DNA of 64,000 nucleotides from NCBI GenBank assembly GCA_944332525.1, contig CALVKD010000001.1, positions 49,841-113,840 of the forward strand, read 5' to 3'. Under the pieces are notes generated by a model. That model worked only from the letters and a program-made list of their open reading frames with translations, searched no databases and was not told the origin of the DNA. Positions 10,247 through 20,953 of this stretch are shown piece by piece. Each line of letters starts with the position of its first letter. Position 1 is the stretch's first letter. This DNA is from an uncultured Bacilli bacterium (GTDB taxonomy: Bacteria; Bacillota_I; Bacilli_A; RFN20; CAG-449). Made by a program: the position numbers and the translations under genes.

Positions 10247-10273
10247 ATTATACTGATTTTTTTTAATTTGTAA
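10247..10273 (-). promoter_or_regulatory. putative sigma-A promoter of plsY
   Basis: On the minus strand: TTACAA, 15-nt spacer, TATAAT. GGAGG SD lies before the ATG. Confidence 0.35.
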
Positions 10274-10365
10274 TACATAAATATCCTCTTTTAAAAAATA
10301 GGCATATTTAAAAAAAGTGCAAATTAATAATGAAAATTGAAGTCGATATTATTTTACTTATTTAA

Positions 10366-11724
<1,359 letters not shown>

Positions 11725-11734
11725 TTGACGAAGA

Positions 11735-11765
11735 AAAACTATCCGGTTTCCGGATAGTTTTTTTA
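11735..11765 (+). terminator. intrinsic terminator after eno
   Basis: AAAAACTATCCGG-TTT-CCGGATAGTTTTTT. Confidence 0.8.
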
Positions 11766-11918
11766 TGCAAAAAATATAAAATATTAATATATAATTCCGT
11801 TATTTTAAAAAAAATTAATCTAAATATAGCAGTATCGCAAAATTATATTTATTATAAATAAGGAAGTAAGATTTACTTACATAATTTTTTTAGATTTTTT
11901 TATTATTTGAGGTAACAA

Positions 11919-13904
11919 ATGGCAAATAAAGATATTGAAATGGAAAAAAAGAAAGATGCTTATTCAGCATCAGATTTAACTGTCTTACATAATCTTGAAC
12001 CAATCACGACTCGTCCGGGTATGTATATCGGATCAACCGATTATTTAGGTACTCATCATTTGGCATGGGAAATTATTGATAACGCGGTAGATGAAGTCGT
12101 CGCTGGATTTGGTAACACGATTAAAGTAACAATTAATGAAGACGGATCACTAACGATTGAAGATCAAGGCCGGGGAATTCCTTATGACTTTAATAAAAAA
12201 GAAGGTAAGGATGGTTTTGATATTATTTTCTGTACAATTCATGGCGGCGGCAAATTTACCGATAAAATTTATAAAACTTCATCAGGTTTGCACGGAGTTG
12301 GTGCAGCCTGCGTTAATGCTTTTGCTGAATTTTTAAATATTCGCGTGTATAAAGATGGCAAGATCATTGAAGGTGGTTACCGCGATGGAGGCAAGAAAAA
12401 GATAGCTCCTCATGAAGTTGGCACAACTACTCGCCACGGCTCGATAATTACTTTTAAACCACTGTTAGGGATTCTCACCGATATTACCTGGCGTTATGAA
12501 CTGTTTCAATCGCACCTTGATAATACTGCCTCTCAGTTACCGGGGGTTACTATCTCTTTAGAAGATAAGAGAAGCGGAAAAAAAGAAATTTTTTGCTACG
12601 AAAACGGAATATATGATTTTTTAAAGAAAAAAAATGAAAAAAGCATTGCTCTTTGTCCGATTTGCCATGGTAAAGAAGGCGTCGACGGCGACACCATTGA
12701 ATTTGTTTTCCAATATTTAGATAAAGTGTATGATGAGCATCTCTATTCTTTTGCAAATACAGTCTATACTCCTGATGAAGGATACCACGTTCAAGGATTT
12801 AGAACTGGCTTTAACAAGGCAATCAATGACTATGCTAAGGAAGAAGGATATATCAGAGGTACTCAGAGAGTTGAACCAGACGATATCAAAGAGGGTTTAA
12901 CTGCAGTTATTTCAGTAATGATAAAAGAACAAGAACTGCACTTCGTCGGCCAAACAAAAGGCAAACTCGGAACAGCTTCAATCAAGCAGCCAGTTCAAAA
13001 TTTTGTATACAACAAGGTTTATTATTACTTAAAAGAAAATAAACCTATTGCAACAAAGATAATGGATAAAATCATGACGGCTGCGAACGCGAGAGTCAAA
13101 GCTAGAAAAGCCTCTGAAGAAGTTCGTGGCGGATCAATTAAGGCAAATGACCCTAAAGCTCAACTGCAATTATCAGGAAAGCTTGTTCCACCTAACTCTA
13201 AAGATTACTCTAAATGTGAGCTATTTATTGTCGAGGGTGATTCAGCAGGCGGTTCAGCGAAGAAATGCCGCGATAAAACTTATCAAGGCTTATTACCTCT
13301 ACGCGGCAAACCAAAGAATATTTCGACTGATGCCGAAGATGCTTTTATGAAAAATGAAGAATTATCGACGTTGACTTATACTATAGGAACGGGAGCTGGA
13401 AAAGATTTTAATTATAAAAATTTACGTTATGGAAAAATCATTATCATGACCGATGCTGATACCGATGGTTCACATATTCAAAATCTTTTACTAAACTTCT
13501 TTTATAAAAAGATGCGTCCTTTAATTGAAAAGGGCCATATTTATGTTGCGTGTCCACCTCTCTACCGCGTCTATAAAATGTCTGGTAAAAAGGTAATTGA
13601 AGAATTTTGTTGGTCAGATCAAGATTTGGAAGTGGCGAGAAAGAAAATTGGTTCAGGATATACTATATCCCGTTATAAAGGACTTGGTGAAATGAACGCT
13701 GATCAATTATGGGAAACGACAATGGATCCAAAGCATCGCCGTTTAATTCAAATTAAGATGAATAATGAAGATTCAGCTGGTGATAAAATCGATTTATTTA
13801 TGGGAAAAGATGCTTCTAGACGTCAAGAATGGATTAACGAAAACATTGATTTTTCTGATAAATCTGATTTTATAGCTATTAAAAAGGAGAATGAACATGC
13901 CTAA
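11919..13904 (+). CDS. parE: type IIA topoisomerase B subunit, probably topoisomerase IV ParE
   Basis: GHKL ATPase and Toprim motifs (EGDSAGGSAKK, PLRGK, DADTDGSHI). plsY-parE-parC order matches B. subtilis. 661 aa. Confidence 0.8.
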   Translation: MANKDIEMEKKKDAYSASDLTVLHNLEPITTRPGMYIGSTDYLGTHHLAWEIIDNAVDEVVAGFGNTIKVTINEDGSLTIEDQGRGIPYDFNKKEGKDGFDIIFCTIHGGGKFTDKIYKTSSGLHGVGAACVNAFAEFLNIRVYKDGKIIEGGYRDGGKKKIAPHEVGTTTRHGSIITFKPLLGILTDITWRYELFQSHLDNTASQLPGVTISLEDKRSGKKEIFCYENGIYDFLKKKNEKSIALCPICHGKEGVDGDTIEFVFQYLDKVYDEHLYSFANTVYTPDEGYHVQGFRTGFNKAINDYAKEEGYIRGTQRVEPDDIKEGLTAVISVMIKEQELHFVGQTKGKLGTASIKQPVQNFVYNKVYYYLKENKPIATKIMDKIMTAANARVKARKASEEVRGGSIKANDPKAQLQLSGKLVPPNSKDYSKCELFIVEGDSAGGSAKKCRDKTYQGLLPLRGKPKNISTDAEDAFMKNEELSTLTYTIGTGAGKDFNYKNLRYGKIIIMTDADTDGSHIQNLLLNFFYKKMRPLIEKGHIYVACPPLYRVYKMSGKKVIEEFCWSDQDLEVARKKIGSGYTISRYKGLGEMNADQLWETTMDPKHRRLIQIKMNNEDSAGDKIDLFMGKDASRRQEWINENIDFSDKSDFIAIKKENEHA

Positions 13905-16458
13905 GAAGAAAGATGAAATCATTGAAGAAATAAGTTCTCATGAAATGATTTTAGAAAATGAAATTGAAGATGTTTTAAGTAATGGTTTTGGGCGTTATTC
14001 AAAGTATGTTCTCCAAGAAAGAGCTGTTCCAGATGTAAGAGATGGACTTAAACCTGTTCAAAGAAGAATCATCTATACGATGTACTTAGAAGGTAATTTC
14101 GCTTCAAAACCAACTAGAAAATGCGCGCGTACTGTCGGTGCTGTTATCGGGCGTTTCCATCCACATGGAGACACTTCAGTTTATGAAGCGATGGTTAGAT
14201 TATCGCAAGACTGGAAAATGCGGGTTCCATTAATTGATTTCCAGGGAAATAATGGATCTATCGACGGTGATGGACCAGCGGCATACCGTTATACTGAGGC
14301 GAGATTAAGCGAGATCGCGGATGAGATGGTCAGAGATTTAAATAAAAATACTGTCGACATGGAATTAAACTTTGATGACCAGGAGTTAGAGCCGGTTGTC
14401 TTACCTTCGCGTTTCCCTAATCTTTTAGTTAATGGTTCTCAAGGAGTCGCGGTTGGAGCATCAACCGATATTCCGCCTCACAACCTCGGAGAAGTAATCG
14501 ATGGAGTAATTTATCGATTAAGTCATAAACGTTGCTCAGTAAGCGATTTAATGTCCTTTATTAAGGGACCAGACTTTCCTACTGGAGGAATAATTGTTAA
14601 TCCTCAGGATTTAATGCAAATTTATCAAAGCGGTAAAGGTTTAATCCGCTTGATGTGCCGTTACCATACCGAAGAGGGAAAGAATTTAAATTCCTTGGTT
14701 ATTACCGAAATTCCTTACGGCGTTGAAAAATCATCGCTCGTTTTAAATATTGCGAAATGCCGCGTTCAAAATAATCTTGATGCAATTCTCGATGTTCGCG
14801 ATGAAACGGATAAAAATGGTTTAAGGATCGTTATCGAAGTCAAAAAAGATACCGATATTGATCAGCTAACTAAATATATTATATCTAAAGGTGTTTTGAC
14901 TACTTCCGTCAAATTTAATATGTTGGTTATCGATCATAATCGTCCGAGAACGTTAAATTTACTGGAAGCTGTTGATTGCTATATTGAACATCAAATCGAT
15001 GTTATAACCCGTAGATCGAAGTTTGATTTAAATAAATACGAAGAAAGATTACACATCGTTGAAGGCTTAATTAAAGCTTTATCAATCCTTGATGAAGTTG
15101 TGAAAACAATCCGTCAATCAAAAGATAAAGCTGATGCTAGAACTCGCTTAATTAACAATTTTGGTTTCTCAGAAAAACAAGCTGAGGCCTTGCTTAATTT
15201 GCAGTTATATCGCTTATCGAATACTGATGTAACAACTTTAGTTGCTGAAGGAAAAGATTTACGCGAAAAAATTGCAGACTTAAAAGAGTTATTAGCTTCT
15301 CCTGAGAAGATGAATAAACTTATTGCTAGCGATTTGAAGGCGATTAAAGCAAAGTTCCCATCTACTCGTCTTACCTCATTCCAAGAGGAAGAAATGGACT
15401 TAAAAGTCGATATGAAAGCTCTTGTCAGTAAAGATGAAACGATGGTAACCTTTACTAGAGATGGCTACGTGAAGAGAACATCTCTCCGTTCATACTCAAG
15501 CGATGCTGCACCTGGTTTGAAAGACGGCGATGTTGTTAGAGGTGTAGTCAAATGTTTCACTACCGATAATTTAATTTTAATTACATCGCAGGGTAATTTC
15601 TTACAGGTTCCAATTTTCCGCTTATCCGAAATAAAATGGAAAGATGAAGGAAAGCACATCAATGAAATTGGAGCTTTAGGTAATAATGAAAAGATTATTG
15701 GCGGATTTGTTGTTGAAGAATATAAAGAGGGTATCTTCGTTACAATGCTTTCAAAAAATGGGCAAATTAAGAGAACACCTCTTGAAGAATTCCAAACTAC
15801 TAGAATCGCTAGAACTGTTAAAGCCTTTAATTTAGCAAAAGGCGATGAATTAGTCAAAATGGTCGTAACAAATGGAGAAAAGAATCTATTAATCGCTGCA
15901 TCAGATGGAACTACTTCACTCTTCAATGAAAATGAACTTGAACCTTTATCATTGAAAGCTGGTGGAGTTAAGGCCATTGCTAGACTATCAGATGATGCCT
16001 ATTTAGTGACACTACTTGCTCTTGATAAGAAAGAAACTTTACTCGGTGTTATCGTAAAAGAACAATCGGCTATAACGATTCGCAGCGATAAATTGACATT
16101 GGGAAAACGCATGGGTGTCCGCGATAACCTCTTTGGTGTCTACCTATCTAATCCAGTTACCTTGTTGGGTATCGTAGAATGCGATAAAAATAAGATTGCA
16201 GAAGTGGTTTTGACAAATCGCATCCGCGATAAAATCGATTTTGCAAATGTTAGCAATAAACCTTTGGGAATGAAGCTTAAACCTGGAAATCTTGATTTAG
16301 CATCTAAAGAAAATATTAGTGATATTTCTTATTATGATACGATGGTTATTAATTCTGAAACTAAAGTTTATTCAAATAAGAAGCAATCGAAAAAAATTGC
16401 TGAAGAAAAGAAAGAAAAGCGCGAATACTCACTTTCTGACTATATTGATTTCGATTAA
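13897..16458 (+). CDS. parC: type IIA topoisomerase A subunit, probably topoisomerase IV ParC
   Basis: Motifs AMVRLSQDW and AAYRYTEARL with the catalytic Tyr. No QRRGGKG GyrA box seen in the C-terminal domain. A start at 13897 fits the AAGGAGA SD better than the track's 13891. Confidence 0.8.
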   Translation: MPKKKDEIIEEISSHEMILENEIEDVLSNGFGRYSKYVLQERAVPDVRDGLKPVQRRIIYTMYLEGNFASKPTRKCARTVGAVIGRFHPHGDTSVYEAMVRLSQDWKMRVPLIDFQGNNGSIDGDGPAAYRYTEARLSEIADEMVRDLNKNTVDMELNFDDQELEPVVLPSRFPNLLVNGSQGVAVGASTDIPPHNLGEVIDGVIYRLSHKRCSVSDLMSFIKGPDFPTGGIIVNPQDLMQIYQSGKGLIRLMCRYHTEEGKNLNSLVITEIPYGVEKSSLVLNIAKCRVQNNLDAILDVRDETDKNGLRIVIEVKKDTDIDQLTKYIISKGVLTTSVKFNMLVIDHNRPRTLNLLEAVDCYIEHQIDVITRRSKFDLNKYEERLHIVEGLIKALSILDEVVKTIRQSKDKADARTRLINNFGFSEKQAEALLNLQLYRLSNTDVTTLVAEGKDLREKIADLKELLASPEKMNKLIASDLKAIKAKFPSTRLTSFQEEEMDLKVDMKALVSKDETMVTFTRDGYVKRTSLRSYSSDAAPGLKDGDVVRGVVKCFTTDNLILITSQGNFLQVPIFRLSEIKWKDEGKHINEIGALGNNEKIIGGFVVEEYKEGIFVTMLSKNGQIKRTPLEEFQTTRIARTVKAFNLAKGDELVKMVVTNGEKNLLIAASDGTTSLFNENELEPLSLKAGGVKAIARLSDDAYLVTLLALDKKETLLGVIVKEQSAITIRSDKLTLGKRMGVRDNLFGVYLSNPVTLLGIVECDKNKIAEVVLTNRIRDKIDFANVSNKPLGMKLKPGNLDLASKENISDISYYDTMVINSETKVYSNKKQSKKIAEEKKEKREYSLSDYIDFD

Positions 16459-16460
16459 TT

Positions 16461-16486
16461 AAGAGATGGCAACATCTCTTTTTTTG
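16461..16486 (+). terminator. intrinsic terminator after parC
   Basis: AAGAGATG-GCAA-CATCTCTT followed by TTTTTT. Confidence 0.7.
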
Positions 16487-16538
16487 TATCTATATATTAG
16501 ATATTTATTTATAAGCATTTTTATATTAAAATAATAAT

Positions 16539-17069
16539 ATGAAAAGTTTTATTCCAAATTTTTATTGTAGCGATATCTTCCATTTAAGTGATTCTTTTTT
16601 TATTGAAAACAAAATTAAATGCGTTTTATCTGATCTAGATAACACTTTAGATGTCTATAATGAGTTACAGCCATCTCAACGCGTTAAAGAATTTAAAGAA
16701 AGATTAGAAAAAAATGGTATTGAGTTATGTATTGTTTCCAATAATAAAAAGAAAAGAAAAGGAATTTATGCGAAAAGATTAGGGGTAAAAGCGATATTTT
16801 CAGCACATAAACCAGGAGGAAAACGGATTAGTAAATTTATAGCAGATTTAGGATATAAAAAGAGCGATGTCCTCTTAGTTGGCGATCAGCTTTTGACCGA
16901 TGTTCTCTGCGGAAAAAATGCTGGAATTAAAGTTTGTCTTACAGATCCGATTAGTCACCTCGATCAATGGACGACGCATTTTAATCGGTTGATTGATAGG
17001 CCTTTACGGAAACATCTGAAAAAGAAAGGGTATCTTGAGAAAGTGATGGTGAAAGATTATGGAAAATAA
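16539..17069 (+). CDS. yqeG: YqeG-family HAD phosphatase (subfamily IIIA)
   Basis: DLDNTL HAD motif I. First gene of the conserved yqeG-yqeH operon. Confidence 0.8.
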   Translation: MKSFIPNFYCSDIFHLSDSFFIENKIKCVLSDLDNTLDVYNELQPSQRVKEFKERLEKNGIELCIVSNNKKKRKGIYAKRLGVKAIFSAHKPGGKRISKFIADLGYKKSDVLLVGDQLLTDVLCGKNAGIKVCLTDPISHLDQWTTHFNRLIDRPLRKHLKKKGYLEKVMVKDYGK

Positions 17070-18174
17070 AAATGAATTTGTAAAATTATATTGCCCTGGC
17101 TGCGGAGCACTTCTTCAAAACGATAATCCTTTAAAGAGCGGTTTTGTCCCTAAAAAATTAGAAGCAAAAAGTAATTTCCTCTGTCAGAGATGCTTCCGTT
17201 TACAGCATTACGGTGAAGCTTATGAAGATATTCATTACTCTAATGATTATCAAACAATTATCTCTAAAGCTAAAAAAAGTGACGCATTAATTGTTTACGT
17301 TGTTGACCTTTTTGCATTTGACTGCTCGATTATTAATTCTTTAATTACAGCGATTAAGGATGCTAGAGTGGCAGTAATCTGTTCTAAAAGAGATGTAATC
17401 CCGTCTTCGGTAAAAGACGAAAAACTAATTAATTTCGTTCGTTATAGACTAGAAGAAGTCGATATAAAGCCTTTAGCTATCATGGTTTCTTCGGCAATTA
17501 ATAATTATAATCTCGATGAGATTCTTGAGACCTGTGAAAAACTGAGAAATGGGAATGATGTCTATCTTTTCGGTGCTGTCAGCGTCGGTAAATCTTCATT
17601 AGTTAATGCCTTTTTAAAGATGTATGATAATAAGACGACTGAGATGATAACTACATCACCATATCCGGGAACGACACTTAATGTCATTAGAGTACCAATC
17701 GATGAAAAATCATATGTCTATGATACTCCGGGTATCATGACAGAATCTTCAATTTTCGCACATGTCGATAGGAAGCTTTTGAAATATGTTTTACCGCGTA
17801 AAGAGATTAAGCCACGCGTCTTCCAATTATTAGCTAATCAATCGTTAATTGTTAATAATTTGGCAAAAATAGATGTTTATGACAAGGCGAACCTGATTAT
17901 CTTTATGTCAAATGATTTAGAGGTAAGAAGGGCAAAGTTTGAAAGATCGGATACAACATTTAATAATTTAATAAAAAATAAACAATTTAAGCTTCTTGAT
18001 AGAAATGTCTTGTCAGTTAATGACTTACAAGAGCATAATCTTGACGTACCGCATCAAGACTGCGATATTGTTATTTCTGGACTCTTATGGATTAAAATAA
18101 AAGGCTCAGGTCAAAAAATCTGCGTTCGAACCTTAAAAGGTGTCGATGTGGTAATAAGGGAATGTAAAATATAA
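17059..18174 (+). CDS. yqeH: ribosome biogenesis GTPase YqeH
   Basis: N-terminal CPGCG...CQRC zinc finger, a circularly permuted GTPase domain, and GAVSVGKSS. Confidence 0.85.
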   Translation: MENKNEFVKLYCPGCGALLQNDNPLKSGFVPKKLEAKSNFLCQRCFRLQHYGEAYEDIHYSNDYQTIISKAKKSDALIVYVVDLFAFDCSIINSLITAIKDARVAVICSKRDVIPSSVKDEKLINFVRYRLEEVDIKPLAIMVSSAINNYNLDEILETCEKLRNGNDVYLFGAVSVGKSSLVNAFLKMYDNKTTEMITTSPYPGTTLNVIRVPIDEKSYVYDTPGIMTESSIFAHVDRKLLKYVLPRKEIKPRVFQLLANQSLIVNNLAKIDVYDKANLIIFMSNDLEVRRAKFERSDTTFNNLIKNKQFKLLDRNVLSVNDLQEHNLDVPHQDCDIVISGLLWIKIKGSGQKICVRTLKGVDVVIRECKI

Positions 18175-18175
18175 T

Positions 18176-18466
18176 ATGTTAACTAAAAATCAAATTCGTT
18201 ATTTACGTTCGCTCGCGAACACTTGTGAAAATAAATATCAAATCGGTAAATTTGAAATTAGCGATACCGTTATCGATTTATTAGATAAGGCGCTTCTTAA
18301 GCACGAATTAATCAAGGTTGTCGTCAACCAATCCGTTTCTGATAACAAGAGTGATTATGCTTATTTATTAAGCGAAGCTCTCCATTGTGAGCTTATTCAA
18401 ATAATTGGCAATGTTATTGTTTTATATCGTAAAAATTTAAGAGAACCAAAAATTATCTTACCATAA
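18176..18466 (+). CDS. yhbY: CRM-domain RNA-binding protein YhbY/YqeI
   Basis: LTKNQIRYLRSLA...IKVVVNQS pattern. 96 aa. Confidence 0.8.
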   Translation: MLTKNQIRYLRSLANTCENKYQIGKFEISDTVIDLLDKALLKHELIKVVVNQSVSDNKSDYAYLLSEALHCELIQIIGNVIVLYRKNLREPKIILP

Positions 18467-18467
18467 C

Positions 18468-19565
18468 ATGAAGAGATTACTTTATTTCGGTGGATCGTTT
18501 GATCCTATTCACAATGCACATTTAAAATTAGCATCTCTGGCTAAGGACGCTTTAAATTGCCAGAAATGCTTTTTTGTCTTAGCAAAAAATCCGCGTTGGA
18601 AAGACCCGACATGTTCGGCAGAAGACCGTTTAAAGATGCTCCGCTTAGCCATTAAAGGACATCCGGGCTTTGCTATTTCTTTAATTGAATATAATTCGGA
18701 TAAGGATACTACCTATACCTATGACACGGTCAAAACAATTCTTAGATATCATAAAAATGATCAACTATTCTATTTAATTGGTTCAGATCAGCTTGAGAAA
18801 CTCGATAAGTGGTATAAAATTGATGAACTGTCTAAGATGATTAAGTTTGTAGTTTTTAGGCGGAGTAATTATCCACTTAACGAAGAAAATATGAAGCGAT
18901 ACGATGTAAAGTTACTTAATGCTGAAGAGATGGACATTTCTTCGACAAAAATTCGCTTATTAAATAATCTTGACTGCCCTAAACCAGTCCTTGATTATAT
19001 TGCAAAATATCAGCTTTATTATACTTCACTTCTTAAAAACTATATTTCAAGTAAGCGACTAAATCATTGCTTCTCTGTAGCATCGTTAGCTTATGATATT
19101 GCTTTAGACAATCATAAAGACCCTTATAAGGCTTATCATGCTGGATTAATTCATGATATTGCAAAAGGTTTAAATAAAGAAAAAAGCTTAGAACTCATGC
19201 AAAAATATTTTCCAAGCGAAATTGGAAAAGTCGGAGAATGGGGTTACCATCAATTCTTAGCTGTTGTCATCGCTAAAGATATATTAAAAATAACTGATGA
19301 AGAAGTGTTAGAGGCGATAGAATATCACGCGACGGGGAAAAAACATATGTCACCTCTAGCAAAAATTATCTATTGCGCAGATAAGATAGATCCAACTAGA
19401 GGGTATGATTCTAGTGAATTAATAAAGAAATGTAAGGAAAATTACAAGGAAGGATTCAAGGCGGTTTTAAAAGCTAATATTGCCTATTTTAAAGAAAAGG
19501 GAATTGATTACTTAAATGACTACAGCAAGGAATGCTTTGAATATTATTTAGGAGAAACTGACTAA
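18468..19565 (+). CDS. nadD: nicotinate-nucleotide adenylyltransferase NadD fused to the HD-domain phosphohydrolase YqeK
   Basis: N-terminal GGSFDPIHNAH nucleotidyltransferase motif; C-terminal HD domain (HxxxxxxHDIAKG) as in YqeK. Single 365-aa ORF. Confidence 0.8.
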   Translation: MKRLLYFGGSFDPIHNAHLKLASLAKDALNCQKCFFVLAKNPRWKDPTCSAEDRLKMLRLAIKGHPGFAISLIEYNSDKDTTYTYDTVKTILRYHKNDQLFYLIGSDQLEKLDKWYKIDELSKMIKFVVFRRSNYPLNEENMKRYDVKLLNAEEMDISSTKIRLLNNLDCPKPVLDYIAKYQLYYTSLLKNYISSKRLNHCFSVASLAYDIALDNHKDPYKAYHAGLIHDIAKGLNKEKSLELMQKYFPSEIGKVGEWGYHQFLAVVIAKDILKITDEEVLEAIEYHATGKKHMSPLAKIIYCADKIDPTRGYDSSELIKKCKENYKEGFKAVLKANIAYFKEKGIDYLNDYSKECFEYYLGETD

Positions 19566-19903
19566 TGGAAGAATTAACATTAAATTTAATCAAAAAAGTT
19601 GTTGAGGATAAAAAATGTGAAGACATCGCTGTTTATGACGTTAGAACATCTTCACCAATTTGCTCATATATTGTGATCGCAACTGTTAATAATGCGCGTC
19701 AAGGAAAAGCTGTTGCTGATCAAATCGAAGAGGAAGTCGAAAAATTAGGCGGACATATTCATCACGTTGAAGGAGATGAACGTACTCCATGGATTTTAAT
19801 TGATGAAGGAGATATTATAATTCATCTCTTTACGGAGCAGGAAAGACAAAGAATTAATCTCGATGAACTCATCACTCAGGTTAACAATCATGCAAGAATA
19901 TAA
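19565..19903 (+). CDS. rsfS: ribosomal silencing factor RsfS (Iojap)
   Basis: 112 aa at the conserved position after nadD/yqeK. The DIAVYDV...YIVIAT pattern is typical. Confidence 0.85.
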   Translation: MEELTLNLIKKVVEDKKCEDIAVYDVRTSSPICSYIVIATVNNARQGKAVADQIEEEVEKLGGHIHHVEGDERTPWILIDEGDIIIHLFTEQERQRINLDELITQVNNHARI

Positions 19904-20576
19904 TTTAATCATTATCGCGATGAAAGAGGAAGAAGAGGCATTTATTAAATCTCTTCCAATCGAAGTTAAAGATTTTAGCGATAATTTAAAAACATTCACA
20001 TACAATAATGAAAATTTTCTAATTATGCGCGGAGAAGTCGGAAAAGGATCGACGTGTTTTCATCTTGGTTATTTAGATGCAAGATATAAGATTAAAAGAA
20101 TATTTAATATCGGAACATCTGGTGGGCTTTTCAGTAAGATGAATATCGGCGACATTGTTATTGCTGATAAAGTTTGCTATTTCGATGTCGATGCTTGTGA
20201 ATTCGGCTATAATTATGGTCAAGTTCCAGGATTCCCATTATATTTTGAAACAGATCAAAAATATGTTGAAAGTAAGTTAAATGTTTTAAAAGAGGCGGAC
20301 TTTTCTTTTAAAATTTGGAATGGATTAATTGCATCTAGTGACACTTTCATGACAAGAGATAAGATTTCAAAATTTTCGATTTCAGAAATAAAGCCTTTCT
20401 GCGTTGAAATGGAAGCGGCAGCAGTAGGTCAGTCAGCGTACTTGATGAAAGTACCGTTCGTCATAATTAGATCGATTAGCGATATTATAACAAGACCGGC
20501 AAATGCTGATGATTCTGTAAAAAATATTGAGATTTGCTCAAAAAATTGCGCAGAAGCGCTATTAGCATTAATTTAG
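19890..20576 (+). CDS. mtnN: 5'-methylthioadenosine/S-adenosylhomocysteine nucleosidase
   Basis: PNP/UDP phosphorylase fold motifs (GTSGGL, EMEAAAV). ATG at 19890 overlaps the rsfS stop. Confidence 0.85.
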   Translation: MQEYNLIIIAMKEEEEAFIKSLPIEVKDFSDNLKTFTYNNENFLIMRGEVGKGSTCFHLGYLDARYKIKRIFNIGTSGGLFSKMNIGDIVIADKVCYFDVDACEFGYNYGQVPGFPLYFETDQKYVESKLNVLKEADFSFKIWNGLIASSDTFMTRDKISKFSISEIKPFCVEMEAAAVGQSAYLMKVPFVIIRSISDIITRPANADDSVKNIEICSKNCAEALLALI

Positions 20577-20684
20577 TATATCTTTAGTAAAATCATAGTT
20601 ATAGTAATAAATTAGTATTTATTTAGTATAAAGTAATATATTAGTAGAAAATTAGTTATCTTATACTTTTATTATTTTTAGTAG

Positions 20685-20716
20685 AAGAGAGTGTTTAATT
20701 TATCACTCTTTTTATT
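20685..20716 (+). terminator. putative intrinsic terminator after mtnN
   Basis: AAGAGAGTG, 10-nt loop, CACTCTTT, then TTTTATTT. Confidence 0.45.
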
Positions 20717-20751
20717 TGAATAATTATTCCTCTATTTTTATATTATTAATT

Positions 20752-20779
20752 ACTTCGCATAATTGATATTATGTAAAGA
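20752..20779. other. dif: candidate dif chromosome-dimer resolution site (XerC/XerD core)
   Basis: ACTTCGCATAA-TTGATA-TTATGTAAAGA: two 11-bp arms with a CATAA/TTATG dyad around a 6-bp centre. The XerD arm TTATGTAAA and left ACTTC match the Firmicute dif as I recall it. Lies in the convergent terminus-like gap, 1.4 kb from xerD. Confidence 0.5.
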
Positions 20780-20953
20780 ATAAAGAAATTTGATAATAAA
20801 AATCAAAAAGTAATTAGTAGTATTAAGATTAAAAAACTTATATACTACTAATTACTTACTTCATACTATATTTAAACTAATTTATTACTATTTAACTAAT
20901 AAATCACTAATTAACTACTAATGCATTAATTACGCCATAATTATGGCAAGTCA

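Larger units (their letters stand above)
20572..20940. repeat. AT-rich intergenic region with opposed arrays of the hexamer TTAGTA (left) and TACTAA (right)
   Basis: TTAGTA or TAGTA at 20572, 20584, 20603, 20612, 20623, 20641, 20678 and 20814. The complement TACTA(A) at 20846, 20864, 20886 and 20916, plus CACTAA and AACTAA variants. A 10-bp inverted repeat TTAGTAGTAT/ATACTACTAA lies at 20814-20851. Confidence 0.5.

Noticed and set aside
20814-20851. The 10-bp inverted repeat TTAGTAGTAT/ATACTACTAA as the deoB intrinsic terminator
   Set aside because: The stem is almost entirely A/T with an 18-nt loop and no clean U-tract on the − strand. It is reported only as part of the repeat architecture.
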